DNA from: Christensenellales bacterium
GTDB lineage: Bacteria; Bacillota; Clostridia; Christensenellales; JBMNTT01
Direction of reading: 5' to 3'
Assembly (NCBI GenBank): GCA_050945875.1
Contig: JBMNTT010000001.1
Location: 28,580 to 92,579 of the forward strand
DNA length: 64,000 nt
Each line of letters starts with the position of its first letter. Positions within the stretch are counted from its first letter, which is position 1. Under the pieces are notes generated by a model. It saw only the letters and a list, made by a program, of their open reading frames with translations, was not told the DNA's origin and did no database searches. Positions 37,427-47,707 of this stretch are shown in pieces. A program made the translations under genes and the position numbers.

Positions 37427-39721
37427 TCAAAGCGCCACGGACAGCGACGCGCAGTCAGCGGCAGCGCATCGAATGACGTGTCGTTCTTCGCTTCCCATCC
37501 CGTGCAGGGCGACGCTCCAGGCAGCCAGGGGGCGATCCAGGGTGAAGGTCACCCGGTCGTCCCGGCGCTCAGCGCGCACGGTCAGCGCCGGTGCGCCCTG
37601 CAGGTCCGGAATCACCGCCTCGGCGGCGCACCCATCGCCCAGCCGGTAGAGGTGCAGCGTGAGCCCTTCCGTGTAGTCATAGTCGGGCCGGGTGTCGCAG
37701 CCGCCCATGGGCAGCAGGGTGTTCTCCCGCACAAAGAGGGGCAGGCTGTCAAAGCCGTACCGCTCCCGATGCCAACCGCCGGCGCGCACCTGGCCGCTGA
37801 GCAGATGGGTCCACCGTCCCTGGGGCAGATAGTAGTCCACCAGCCCATCCTCAGCAAAGATCGGCGCCACCAGCAGCGCGTCGCCCAGCATATACTGCAT
37901 GTCCAGCGCGTCGCATCCCCGGTCCTCGGGGAAAGCCATCATCATCGGCCGCATCACCGGCGCGCCCTGGGTGTGCGCCTTGACGGCCATCTGGTACAGA
38001 TAGGGCATCAGCTGACACTTCAGGCGGGTGAAGCGCCGCAGCACGTCCACCGCCTCCTCGTCAAAGTTCCAGGGCACCCGGTAGCTGGAGGAGCCATGCA
38101 GGCGGCTGTGGGAGGAGAGCATGCCAAAGGCGCACCAGCGCTTGTAGACATGGGCGGGCGCGGTGTTCTCAAAGCCGCCGATGTCGTGGCTCCAGAAGGC
38201 GATGCCCGATTGGGCCGCCGACAAGCCGCCGCGCAGGGTCTCGGCCATGGAGACGTAGGTGGCCGAGCAGTCCCCGCCCCAGTGCACCGGGAACTGCTGA
38301 CCCCCGGCGGTGGCGGACCGGGCGAACAAGCAGGCCTCCCCCGCCCCGCGCTCGTCCACCAGCAGGTCGAAGACCGTTTGGTTGTACAGCTGGGTGTAGT
38401 AGTTGTGCATGCCTATGGGGTCCGAACCGTCGAAGTACACCGCCCCCTCATAGGGAATGCGCTCGCCAAAGTCGGTCTTGAAGCAGTCCACCCCGATATC
38501 CAAGAGGCCCTTGAGCAGCCCCTGATACCAGACACGGGCCTCGGGGTTGGTGAAATCCACCACGCCCATGCCGGCCTGCCACAGATCGGTCTGCCACACG
38601 CCGCCGTCCGGCCGACGCACCAGATAGCCCTTCTGCCGCGCCTGCTCAAACAGGTGGGAGCGCTGGGCAACATAGGGGTTGATCCACACGCAGATTTTCA
38701 GCCCGCGGGCGTGGTAGCGTGCGATCATGCCCGCCGGGTCGGGGAAGGTATCGCTGTCAAAGGTGAAATCCACCCAGTGGAAGCCCTTCATCCAGAAACA
38801 GTCGAAGTGGAACACCGACAGGGGGATCTCCCGCTGGGCCATGCCCTCGATGAAGCGGGTGACTGTGGCCTCGTCATAGTTGGTGGTGAAGCTGGTGCTC
38901 AGCCACAGGCCGAAGCTCCAGGCCGGCGGCAGGGCCGGGCGGCCGGTCAAGCGTGTATAGCGGTCCAGCACCTCCAGGGGCGTGGGCCCGTCGATGACAT
39001 AGTAGCGAATCTGCTCGCCCTTGACGGACATGGAGACCCGGCTGACCTTCTCCGAGGCGATCTCCAGGGAGACCGGCTCGGTATGGTCGATAAACACGCT
39101 GTATCCCCGGTTGGACAGGTACAGGGGGATGTTCTTGTAGGCGATCTGGGAGGCCGTGCCCCCATCCTCCTGCCACAGGTCCACCCGCTGGCCGTTTTTG
39201 ACAAAGGGCGTGAAGCGCTCGCCCAGGCCGTAGAGGTACTCCCCGGGGGAGATGCCCAGCTGCTCGACCATGTAGTCGCCCTGCTCGGCGCTGCCGTCGC
39301 GCAGCTGCATGTAGGCCAGGTTGCGCCACCCGCTGTCGGTCAGGGCTCGATCCCCGTGCAGGAAGGTATAGCCCCAGCTCTCCCGATCCACCCGCACGCT
39401 CAGCGCGCCGCTGGTCAAGGTAGCGCTATGCGCATCGATGCGGATGTCGGGCGATACCGGCTCGGTCTGCAGCGCGAAGCGGGGCATCCCATCCGCCGCG
39501 CCGGCAAAGTGGGTGGCCGTCACGGCGATGACCCCCTCCATGGGGCTGGAGAAGGCCACCGTCAGCACCGGCAGGTTCAGGGTATCCCCGCGGTTGACGA
39601 TGACCTTGGTGGGCGCCTCGACGACCAGGGCGTCGCCCTCCCGCCGCAGCTCGTAGGCCTGGCTGGCATAGTGGGCGGTCACCCCCTCGCGCAGCATCCA
39701 GTAGCCATTGTTGAATCTCAC
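37427..39721 (-). CDS. Glycoside hydrolase family 31 (alpha-xylosidase YicI-like)
   Basis: The GTG start lies 10 nt after GGGAGG. The sequence reads MRFNNGYWMLREGV...GLKICVWINPY...VDCFKTDFGE...WGGD. There is no signal peptide. Confidence 0.85.
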   Translation of the reverse strand: MRFNNGYWMLREGVTAHYASQAYELRREGDALVVEAPTKVIVNRGDTLNLPVLTVAFSSPMEGVIAVTATHFAGAADGMPRFALQTEPVSPDIRIDAHSATLTSGALSVRVDRESWGYTFLHGDRALTDSGWRNLAYMQLRDGSAEQGDYMVEQLGISPGEYLYGLGERFTPFVKNGQRVDLWQEDGGTASQIAYKNIPLYLSNRGYSVFIDHTEPVSLEIASEKVSRVSMSVKGEQIRYYVIDGPTPLEVLDRYTRLTGRPALPPAWSFGLWLSTSFTTNYDEATVTRFIEGMAQREIPLSVFHFDCFWMKGFHWVDFTFDSDTFPDPAGMIARYHARGLKICVWINPYVAQRSHLFEQARQKGYLVRRPDGGVWQTDLWQAGMGVVDFTNPEARVWYQGLLKGLLDIGVDCFKTDFGERIPYEGAVYFDGSDPIGMHNYYTQLYNQTVFDLLVDERGAGEACLFARSATAGGQQFPVHWGGDCSATYVSMAETLRGGLSAAQSGIAFWSHDIGGFENTAPAHVYKRWCAFGMLSSHSRLHGSSSYRVPWNFDEEAVDVLRRFTRLKCQLMPYLYQMAVKAHTQGAPVMRPMMMAFPEDRGCDALDMQYMLGDALLVAPIFAEDGLVDYYLPQGRWTHLLSGQVRAGGWHRERYGFDSLPLFVRENTLLPMGGCDTRPDYDYTEGLTLHLYRLGDGCAAEAVIPDLQGAPALTVRAERRDDRVTFTLDRPLAAWSVALHGMGSEERHVIRCAAADCASLSVAL

Positions 39722-39737
39722 AGTTGATACGCCTCCC

Positions 39738-41222
39738 TCAGATCATGGATTTGCGGGTCAGATAGCTCCAGCCCATAGACAGCCCGAAGTAAACCGCAAC
39801 GCCGGCGCACACCGCCAGCGCGAAGCGTAGCAGGCCGCCCGCGCCGTAGACCGGGATGACCGCCGCGGTCATGGCCGCGGTGCACACCATCGCCTTGACG
39901 CTCTGGCGGTATTCCAGGGAAAAGCTCAGGTTGGCGGTGCGCATCCCCACCCACATGGTCAGCAGGAACTGCAGGATGTAGGTGAGCATGGTCGCCAGCG
40001 CCGCGCCCATCATGCCCCAGTACGGGATCAGCAGGTAGGTCAACCCCACCTTGATCACGCAGGTGACCAGAAAGATCACATTGTACCAGGCGGTCTTGCG
40101 GGACAGATCGATCAGGTAGGAGAAGATCGTATAGAACATCTGAAAGAGCATGCCCACGCACAGCACCAGCATCAGCGGCCGGTCCACCGGATAATTGCCC
40201 CCGCCGAGCAGCTCCACCAGGGTGGGGGCGGTGACGACGATGCCGCTGATCATGGGCAGAGCGATGAACACCGCCAGGTTGAAGGTTTTGCGCAGGTAAA
40301 GGATGACCCGCTGCCGATCGCCCAGGTTCCAGTTCTTGGCGATATAGGGAAACAGGGTGTAGCTGAGCACCAGGTTCAGGAAGAAGGCCCGGGAGAGCAG
40401 CGAGGCGTAGAAGCTATAGACCCCGCTGGTGGACAGATCCATCAGGTGGGTGAGCATAAAGCGGTCGACGAAGCTGCTCAGCCAGCTCATGATGACGTAG
40501 GGCATCAGCGGCAGCGAATAGGCGTAGTACTCCCGCAGCGGGCGGAAGGCCAGGGCGCACTTGACGCCCCGATACCGCCACAGCACCAGGACAAAACCGA
40601 TCGCAAAGACCGCCAGCTCCACCAGCCAATAGATGTGGATGACATTGGTTAGGGTGAAGGCGTCCGGCCACACGAACGCGCCGGCCAGCGCCCCGGTGAG
40701 CAGCGCGGTTTTGACGATCAGGATGATGCTGGAGGTCTTCATCCTGCCCGTGGCCCGGAAAAAATCCTGGATCAGGGTGGACAGGGAGAGCAGCACGAAG
40801 TACAGCGCCATATAGGGCATCAGCGGGGAGTACGCTGGCGAGTTGAACATCAGCCCCGAGAAGAAGCCGCTGCCGAAAAACAGAGCGAAGAACACCGCCG
40901 CGCACACCGGCAAGCTGACCAGCAGCGTGGAGAAAAAGCGACTCTTGACCACGGACGGATCGGTCTCCGAGGGCAGGAAGATGCAGTAGGCGTTGTTGAT
41001 CTTGATCAGGATCACCGGAGCCAACAGCGCGCTCATGGCGATGGACTGGTTGACCACCGCGTACTCAGCCTGGTTCAGGGCGCGGGAAAGCAAGCTGAAG
41101 GTCAGCACGCCGAAAACCGCGCTGAGCACCTCGGTGACGGACTTGAGCACCAGGTCCCCCGCGAAGCGCCCCTTCTCCCCCTTGAGGAAGCGTCCCATCA
41201 AGGCCTTGACATTCACGCGCAT
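39738..41222 (-). CDS. Oligosaccharide flippase (Wzx/polysaccharide biosynthesis protein family)
   Basis: The 494 aa protein has about 12-14 TM segments. Its N-terminus (GDLVLKSVTEVLSAVFGVLTFSLLSRALNQAEYAVVNQ) is typical of MOP-superfamily flippases. Confidence 0.75.
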   Translation of the reverse strand: MRVNVKALMGRFLKGEKGRFAGDLVLKSVTEVLSAVFGVLTFSLLSRALNQAEYAVVNQSIAMSALLAPVILIKINNAYCIFLPSETDPSVVKSRFFSTLLVSLPVCAAVFFALFFGSGFFSGLMFNSPAYSPLMPYMALYFVLLSLSTLIQDFFRATGRMKTSSIILIVKTALLTGALAGAFVWPDAFTLTNVIHIYWLVELAVFAIGFVLVLWRYRGVKCALAFRPLREYYAYSLPLMPYVIMSWLSSFVDRFMLTHLMDLSTSGVYSFYASLLSRAFFLNLVLSYTLFPYIAKNWNLGDRQRVILYLRKTFNLAVFIALPMISGIVVTAPTLVELLGGGNYPVDRPLMLVLCVGMLFQMFYTIFSYLIDLSRKTAWYNVIFLVTCVIKVGLTYLLIPYWGMMGAALATMLTYILQFLLTMWVGMRTANLSFSLEYRQSVKAMVCTAAMTAAVIPVYGAGGLLRFALAVCAGVAVYFGLSMGWSYLTRKSMI

Positions 41223-41241
41223 CCCGCGCCTCCTTTCAGGC

Positions 41242-41994
41242 TTAGACGAACTGCTTGAGCCGCTTGAGCACGCTGCGCAGCAGCATCAGGGCGGTCAGCG
41301 CCGCGCCCAGCGCCATGTACACGATCGCCACACGGGTGCCCGCAAAAGCGTCCACCACCAGCACCCAGGGAAACACCATCGCAAAGTTCGGGAAAATGAT
41401 GAAAAAATCTACGATGTACTTGGCCCACCATTTGGGGCTCAAGGGCTTCACAGGCGAGGGCGCGTCCGCCGCGCCGGCGCGCAGGGCGACCACCGCGTCC
41501 ATCTCCACCAGGGTGCGCGAGCACATTTCCAGCATGCCGTACACCCCGCCCAGGGCGACGGTCCAAAGGGTCGGCGCCTCCCCCAGCCGCACCAGGGCCA
41601 GGGTGAAGGCGACCATCATCAACGGATGGCCGATCAAATGGGCCAAGCTGTCCAGCTCCCGCCCATAGGTCGACAGCTGACCCGTGGCCCGGGCCACCGC
41701 GCCGTCGGCATAGTCGAAGAGCATGAACAGCTGGATCACCGCCGCGCCGAGGATCAAGGTGATCCGGCTGGGCAAGGCGATCAGCCCGGCAGCCAGAATT
41801 CCCGACAGGATCATCCACACCGTGACGGTGTTGGGCCGAACATGGCGGCGGATCAGCCAGGGAGCAAGGGCATAGGCCAGGGGCGTCTGGTACAGCCCGA
41901 TAAAAAAGTCCTGCGAGCGGTCGACGCGGCGGCGGGCCTGCCGCAGGTTCTCCAAGGCCTGCTCGTCGGTGGGCAGTTGGGGCATGGCAGTCAT
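41242..41994 (-). CDS. CDP-alcohol phosphatidyltransferase family protein
   Basis: The signature D-x2-DG-x2-AR-x8-G-x3-D-x3-D is present as DYADGAVARATGQLSTYGRELDSLAH. Confidence 0.85.
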   Translation of the reverse strand: MTAMPQLPTDEQALENLRQARRRVDRSQDFFIGLYQTPLAYALAPWLIRRHVRPNTVTVWMILSGILAAGLIALPSRITLILGAAVIQLFMLFDYADGAVARATGQLSTYGRELDSLAHLIGHPLMMVAFTLALVRLGEAPTLWTVALGGVYGMLEMCSRTLVEMDAVVALRAGAADAPSPVKPLSPKWWAKYIVDFFIIFPNFAMVFPWVLVVDAFAGTRVAIVYMALGAALTALMLLRSVLKRLKQFV

Positions 41995-41998
41995 CTCC

Positions 41999-43453
41999 TT
42001 ATTTGAGCAGCAGCCAGCGACCCTTGCTGGCCTTCAGGCAGAGCTCCACCGACGCGGCGGTCATCAGCAGCACGGCGATGCCCAGCGGCGAGGTCAAGAA
42101 CGGGTTGACATAGCTGGTTGCCGCGACGGAGATATAGGCCGCCACCCACACCGCGGCCAGGCCCACGGGCTGGTCCAGCAGCACCCGATGCGCGCCCTTG
42201 GGCGCGCCGCGGCGCAGCCGGCCGATCCAGTGCAGCCCGTAGGCCCCGGCATGGGTGAAGAACACCAGCAAAAACAGCGCCAAGCCGATCAGCCCGGTCT
42301 TCATCCACATGTCGTAATAGGTGTATTCAGTCTTCCCGTCGGTGCGGATGCCGTCAAGGTTTTTGCCCAGGCCCCAGCCCTGAATGGGTTTCTGTTTGCA
42401 CAGGCTGAGCTGCTCGCCCATGGTTTTGGCGCGCAGGTTAACCGCCTCGATGCTGGCCTCGTCCAGGTCCTCGTTGGCGGTGTCCCCGGGCTGAAGCACC
42501 TGGCCGCTCTCATACTTGGGGGCGAGCACCACCAGCCGGGAATCGAACCGATCCAGGATGGCCACCGACGCCACCGGGCTCTGATACACCAGCCAGGACA
42601 CCCCCAGGAAAACCGCAAACGACAGCGCCAGGCAACCGATGCACTTGAGATACTGCTTCCAGTAGTCAAAGGTGAGCACAAACAGGGCCACAAAGCCGAT
42701 GGCCAGCCCCAGCCAGAAGCCCCGGGTGTAGCTGAGCACCAGGGAGCAGACGATCAGCGCCGTCGCCGCCCAATTGAGGAAGAAATTGCCCCGTTTGGCG
42801 ATCATGCGCCACAGGCCGATCAAGATGGCTACCTGGCAGAAAATCTGGCTGCGGAAGTAGACCCGCTGCACCCCCAGGGTCAGCTGGGCCAGACCCCCCA
42901 GGCTGTGGGCGTTGATCCAGGTGTTCAGCTCTGTGACGCTGTATAGGCGCAGGGGGATGGTCAGGTGGATGACCACCGCGGCCAGCGACAGCGCCGCACA
43001 GGCGTAGAAGATACCGCTGGACAGCCAGGCCGCCCGCTTGGGCGTGGCGATCGTGGCGACAAACCCCGGCAGCAGCGCCAGACCCATCAGGCTGGTGAGA
43101 TCGGCAACCGCGAAGGAGACGCGGTTGCCCCCCCTCACGCCCAGGAAGAAACAAATCCCCAGCCACAGGGCATAAACGACCAAGAGCGCTAAATATTTGC
43201 CCCGAAACACTTCCCGGCGCATCTGCCACAGCCGCGGCAAGGAGAGGACAAACGCCAAGGCAAAGAGGATCATTCGGATGCTGATCGGGCCGATTTGCAG
43301 CCAGCGGCCGCTGGAACCCACCGAGCACTCCATCCCATAGAGCGCCATGGCCGCCAGCGCCAATATGTCCAACACGCGCTGCACTGTCGTGCCCGGCGGG
43401 CTGGACAAGTGTTGTTGATCCAAATCGAGTTCCTGTCGCAGATTTCCGCTCAT
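41999..43453 (-). CDS. O-antigen ligase/polymerase-like membrane protein (Wzy_C family)
   Basis: The 484 aa polytopic protein has a large loop. The YTRGFWLGLAIG-type segment is typical of the family. Confidence 0.65.
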   Translation of the reverse strand: MSGNLRQELDLDQQHLSSPPGTTVQRVLDILALAAMALYGMECSVGSSGRWLQIGPISIRMILFALAFVLSLPRLWQMRREVFRGKYLALLVVYALWLGICFFLGVRGGNRVSFAVADLTSLMGLALLPGFVATIATPKRAAWLSSGIFYACAALSLAAVVIHLTIPLRLYSVTELNTWINAHSLGGLAQLTLGVQRVYFRSQIFCQVAILIGLWRMIAKRGNFFLNWAATALIVCSLVLSYTRGFWLGLAIGFVALFVLTFDYWKQYLKCIGCLALSFAVFLGVSWLVYQSPVASVAILDRFDSRLVVLAPKYESGQVLQPGDTANEDLDEASIEAVNLRAKTMGEQLSLCKQKPIQGWGLGKNLDGIRTDGKTEYTYYDMWMKTGLIGLALFLLVFFTHAGAYGLHWIGRLRRGAPKGAHRVLLDQPVGLAAVWVAAYISVAATSYVNPFLTSPLGIAVLLMTAASVELCLKASKGRWLLLK

Positions 43454-43477
43454 CGGTATTTCCTTTCCATATCAAAA

Positions 43478-44269
43478 TCAACCGCCCAGCCGCATCCACA
43501 AAAACCCGGGATGGCGGTGCCGCAGGCAGAGCACCAGCCGGCGGCGCAGCAGCATTCGCCGGGCGTACCGGCGGCCCTTGGGGGTATCCTGACAAAACCG
43601 GGCGAAGTCCCGGGCGAAGATGCGAAAACGCGCCCGCGCGCCCGCGGCGTTCCCCCGCTCGTTTCCGGAAAAGCGCTGGATCAGCCGTCCCTCAAAGGGA
43701 ACGATGCGCCTTCCCTGGACCTTCATGTCCCGCAAAAAGGCGTGGTCCACATAGTCGAGAAAATAGCCCTCGTCATAGCGATAGGCCGCGTAGGCCCGCA
43801 GGCGCACCGCCATGCCCGAGTTGATGCCCGTGATGCGCTCCGGCGGCGGCGCCTGCCCGGGCGCGCAGCGTCGCACCCGACAGCCCTCGATCGCGCAGGG
43901 CGAGAGCTGGCCCGCCTCGTCGGTCACCCGGGGCAGGAAGATATCCCCCTCAGGATGCGCCTCCAGCGCGGCGCTGAGGGCGTCAAAATACGCGGGCTCC
44001 AGCTCGGTGTCATCATCCAGCCACACAATGACCGACGCCCCCTCCACCGCGTCCAGCACGGCATTGTAGGCCTTGGGCAGCCCGACATTGCCGCCCATGG
44101 GCAGGTAGCGCCAGCCCATCTTCTGGCAATAAGCGCCGTTGCCCAGCTGCCGGGTGCTGTTGTCCGCCACATAGACCGACAGATTCGGGATGCGCGCCAG
44201 AGCGCGCAGGGAGGGACTCTCCTGGCAGGCGACGTTGTATACCACAACCCCGCAGGCAAACTGGTTCAT
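43478..44269 (-). CDS. Glycosyltransferase family 2
   Basis: The ATG at 44269 overlaps the upstream stop (ATGA). The sequence reads MNQFACGVVVYNVA...VADNST...VIVWLDDDTEL, with a DxD-like motif. Confidence 0.75.
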   Translation of the reverse strand: MNQFACGVVVYNVACQESPSLRALARIPNLSVYVADNSTRQLGNGAYCQKMGWRYLPMGGNVGLPKAYNAVLDAVEGASVIVWLDDDTELEPAYFDALSAALEAHPEGDIFLPRVTDEAGQLSPCAIEGCRVRRCAPGQAPPPERITGINSGMAVRLRAYAAYRYDEGYFLDYVDHAFLRDMKVQGRRIVPFEGRLIQRFSGNERGNAAGARARFRIFARDFARFCQDTPKGRRYARRMLLRRRLVLCLRHRHPGFLWMRLGG

Positions 44270-45006
44270 GCGCGCGCCCTCCTCCGCCGATAGGCGCGCA
44301 CCGCGCCGCGCCGGGCGGTCAGGGCGGCCAGCAGCCGCGCGCGGTTGCGGACCATCGTGGCCAGGCTGCCATGCTTGTCCACCGTGACGGTGGCCGCATG
44401 CCGCCGGTAGAGCAGCAGCGGCTCGGGCAATAGCGCCACCTCCCCCACCTGCTCGGCCAGCATACCCAACCACTGGTCGTGCATCGGCAGGCCCTCGGGG
44501 ATGGGCAGGGCGACCTGAAGCAGCTCCCTGCGAAACGCCATGCAGCTGCCCATATAGCTGTTTTTCCATAGGTTTTTCCAGAATCCCGGCCGGCTGTCCC
44601 GCAGGGCAAACATGTTCCCGCCCAAAGGATGCATCTGGCCGTCCACCAGGGCGGCGTCGTGCAGCACGGCCATCACCTCGGGCCGAGCCTGAAAAATGGC
44701 CGCCACCCGCTCGACCTTGCCGGGCGCCCAGCGGTCATCCTGATCGGAGAGAAAGAGGATATCCCCGGTGCACGCGTCCAGGGCGTGGGCGAAATTCTGC
44801 TGCAGCCCTTGACGGGGACCGGAGAGCACCCGCAGCCGGGCCTCCGAGGCGCACCACTGCTCAAGCAGCTCCCGGGTACCGTCGGTGGAACCGTCGTCGG
44901 AGACCACCAGCTCGTCCTCCCCGGATAATTGACTCAGGATGCTATCGATCTGTTCCCGTATATAGGCGCTGCCGTTGTAGGCGGCCATTGCGACGGATAT
45001 TTTCAT
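44266..45006 (-). CDS. Glycosyltransferase family 2
   Basis: The sequence reads MKISVAMAAYNGSAYIREQIDSILSQ...VVSDDGSTDGT...FLSDQDD. Confidence 0.85.
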   Translation of the reverse strand: MKISVAMAAYNGSAYIREQIDSILSQLSGEDELVVSDDGSTDGTRELLEQWCASEARLRVLSGPRQGLQQNFAHALDACTGDILFLSDQDDRWAPGKVERVAAIFQARPEVMAVLHDAALVDGQMHPLGGNMFALRDSRPGFWKNLWKNSYMGSCMAFRRELLQVALPIPEGLPMHDQWLGMLAEQVGEVALLPEPLLLYRRHAATVTVDKHGSLATMVRNRARLLAALTARRGAVRAYRRRRARA

Positions 45007-45150
45007 CGGATCGCTCCATCTTCATTGATCGGCTTGGGGGGATGCCCCATCGCCCCATTCTCGTATGATATCCGATCCCTGGGAAAATTGCAATCCGACG
45101 CACAGCGCCGCCGAGGGGGATTCCCTTCGGCGGCGCTAGCGCAACAAGGC

Positions 45151-46113
45151 TTAGAGTCGAGATTTCTCGTAGACCAGGCGGACGCGGATATCCTGGCTGT
45201 AGTTGCCAAACCCGGTGCCGAACAGGGTCATGCCGCCGGTGGAGCGGTCCTGCCGGTTGACGCTCAGCCGGTAGACCAGCGGCAGGCCCGGCTGGATGTT
45301 CAGCCGGTCCAAGGTGGCCTCGCCGATGCGCTGGCCGTCGATGAACGCGCCCTGGGCATTGACCGTCAGGGTTTTGAGCAGGCCATACTGGTTCAGCCCG
45401 GTGTACCACCACTGGGGTGTGTAGATGCCCCGCTTGGAGCCGAAATCCCCCGGGCTGGTCCAATAGCCCAGGGGCACGTCGTTGATGGAGAAATGGATGT
45501 CGCTGGGCCAATCCTCGCAGCTGCCCGGCGCCTCGCTGGAGAGCTCCTGGATGATCTGAATCTCCAGCAGGCGCTCGTCCATGCGCAGGTAGTTGGGCAC
45601 GCGGTAGGAGATGGTGCCCTCCATCATCCACAGGATGCCCGCCTGATACCGTTCCGGGTCGTCGAAGTAGCGCGGGTCGTCCATCTGTCCGATGATGTGC
45701 TCCCGGGTGGCCAGGCCGCAGGTGGGGTAGGCCTGGCAATCGGTGTAGCTGCCGATGGGAATCTCGGTCTCGTAGGCGTTGTGCAGCGTCCGGGCGGGCA
45801 GCAGGTTCAGCATCAGGCGGGTCTCCCCCACCCGGCAGACCTTCTGCACCCCATGGCGGCCGTTGCGGTTCTCGATCGAAACCAGCCCCGCCGCGCTGAG
45901 CAGTTTGATGTGCGCGGTCATCGCACCATTGGTCACCCCCAATGCCTCAGCCAATGCGTTGAGGTTCATGCTGCCATGCTCCAGGATACAGCGCAGAATC
46001 TGCACCCGCAGCGGCGCGCTGAGCGCCTTACACACCTGCATCAGTTCATCGGTACCCACGATCTCCCGCAAGAAAAGCCCTCCTTCGATCCCTCGGCAAA
46101 ACGCCCTTGACAT
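45151..46113 (-). CDS. ArsR-type HTH transcriptional regulator with a large C-terminal domain
   Basis: The HTH region reads LMQVCKALSAPLRVQILRCILEHGSMNLNALAEALGVTNGAMTAHIKLL. The gene is divergent from the GH51 gene. Confidence 0.7.
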   Translation of the reverse strand: MSRAFCRGIEGGLFLREIVGTDELMQVCKALSAPLRVQILRCILEHGSMNLNALAEALGVTNGAMTAHIKLLSAAGLVSIENRNGRHGVQKVCRVGETRLMLNLLPARTLHNAYETEIPIGSYTDCQAYPTCGLATREHIIGQMDDPRYFDDPERYQAGILWMMEGTISYRVPNYLRMDERLLEIQIIQELSSEAPGSCEDWPSDIHFSINDVPLGYWTSPGDFGSKRGIYTPQWWYTGLNQYGLLKTLTVNAQGAFIDGQRIGEATLDRLNIQPGLPLVYRLSVNRQDRSTGGMTLFGTGFGNYSQDIRVRLVYEKSRL

Positions 46114-46204
46114 CCCAATAGGCCTATGTTACCATGAACCCAAGTTATACGTCAAGCTATATTATTTTAGATTCTATTAAATCAAATGGTGAGGAGGACG
46201 TTCC

Positions 46205-47707
46205 ATGGCCAAGTATGTCATCCAGGCGCACCAACCCCTATCCAAGATCCACGCCGAGGTCTACGGCAACTTCTCAGAGCATCTGGGGCGCTGCATCTAT
46301 GAGGGCCTGTATGTGGGCGAGGATTCCCCCATCCCCAACAAAAACGGCATGCGCGTGGACGTGGTGGAGGCGCTCAAGCGCATCCATCTGCCGGTGCTGC
46401 GCTGGCCGGGCGGCTGTTTCGCCGACGAGTACCATTGGAAGGATGGTATCGGCGAGAAGGCGCTGCGCAAAAAGATGGTCAACACCCACTGGGGCGGCGT
46501 GGTGGAGGACAACAGCTTCGGCACCCACGAGTTCATGGAGCTGTGCCGCCAGATCGGCTGCAAGCCCTACATCAATGGCAACGTGGGCAGCGGCACGGTG
46601 GCCGAGATGCAGGAGTGGGTGGAGTACATGACCTTCGACGGGGTCTCCCCCATGAGCGCCCTGCGGGAACAGAATGGTCACAAGGAGCCCTGGCAGGTGC
46701 CCTTCTTCGGCGTGGGCAACGAGAACTGGGGCTGCGGCGGCAACATGCGGCCGGAGTACTACGCCGATCTCTACCGCCGCTATCAGACCTATGTGCGCAA
46801 CTTCGGCGACAACCACATCTACAAGATCGCCTGCGGCCCGGGCACCAGCAAGCGCGAGCCCAACTATGAGTGGACCGACACGGTCATGAAGATCGCTCAC
46901 CGCTACATGGACGGGCTGAGCCTGCACTACTACACCACCGCCGGGGACGAGTGGAACCACAAGGGCAGCGCCACGGATTTCGACCAGGAGACCTACTACC
47001 GCACCCTGGACAATGCGCTGTTCATCCGCACGCTGATCGAGAACCACGGCAAGATCATGGATCGCTACGATCCGGACAAGCGCATCGGCATGATCGTGGA
47101 CGAGTGGGGCACCTGGTTCGACGTGGAGCCCGGCACCAACCCCGGCTTCCTCTACCAGCAGAGCACCCTGCGCGACGCGATGGTCGCCGGCCTGTCGCTG
47201 AACATCTTCAACAAGCACGCAGATCGGGTGCGCATGGCCAACATCGCCCAGACCATCAATGTGCTGCAAGCGGTCATCCTGACCGATGGGGCGCGGATGC
47301 TGCTCACCCCCACCTACCATGTCTTTGACCTGTACAAGGTCCACCAGGACGCCACGCTATTGACCAGCGACATCCAGGCCGGATCCACCGGCTGCGCCGC
47401 TCACCCCATTGAGCAGCTGGTGGAGTCCGCCTCGATGGACGCCCAAGGCCGGGTGACCAGCACCCTGTGCAACCTGTCGGCCACCGAGAGCGCGCCGGTG
47501 GAGATGCTAGTGCTCGACCATGTGGGCCATGTCGAGGAGGCCCTGATCCTGACCGGGGCCATGGACGCGAAGAACACCTTTGACGCGCCCGAGACGGTGC
47601 ACCCGGTGCCCTTCACCGAGATCGACACCCAGGCGCACGGCGGCCACACCCGGCTGACCTTCACCCTGCCCCCCTGCTCGGTGGCCCGCATCACCCTGGG
47701 ATGCTGA
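46205..47707 (+). CDS. abfA: Alpha-L-arabinofuranosidase, glycoside hydrolase family 51
   Basis: The sequence reads [24 protein letters not shown]...[19 protein letters not shown]...[11 protein letters not shown]. There is no signal peptide. Confidence 0.9.
   Translation: MAKYVIQAHQPLSKIHAEVYGNFSEHLGRCIYEGLYVGEDSPIPNKNGMRVDVVEALKRIHLPVLRWPGGCFADEYHWKDGIGEKALRKKMVNTHWGGVVEDNSFGTHEFMELCRQIGCKPYINGNVGSGTVAEMQEWVEYMTFDGVSPMSALREQNGHKEPWQVPFFGVGNENWGCGGNMRPEYYADLYRRYQTYVRNFGDNHIYKIACGPGTSKREPNYEWTDTVMKIAHRYMDGLSLHYYTTAGDEWNHKGSATDFDQETYYRTLDNALFIRTLIENHGKIMDRYDPDKRIGMIVDEWGTWFDVEPGTNPGFLYQQSTLRDAMVAGLSLNIFNKHADRVRMANIAQTINVLQAVILTDGARMLLTPTYHVFDLYKVHQDATLLTSDIQAGSTGCAAHPIEQLVESASMDAQGRVTSTLCNLSATESAPVEMLVLDHVGHVEEALILTGAMDAKNTFDAPETVHPVPFTEIDTQAHGGHTRLTFTLPPCSVARITLGC

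Noticed and set aside
43478-44569. The 363-aa version of the second GT2 gene, and likewise the 827-aa version of the LuxR gene (55067-57550).
   Set aside because: The N-terminal extensions overlap the upstream genes out of frame. ATGA-coupled internal starts (44269 and 55157) give proteins that begin at the conserved domain.
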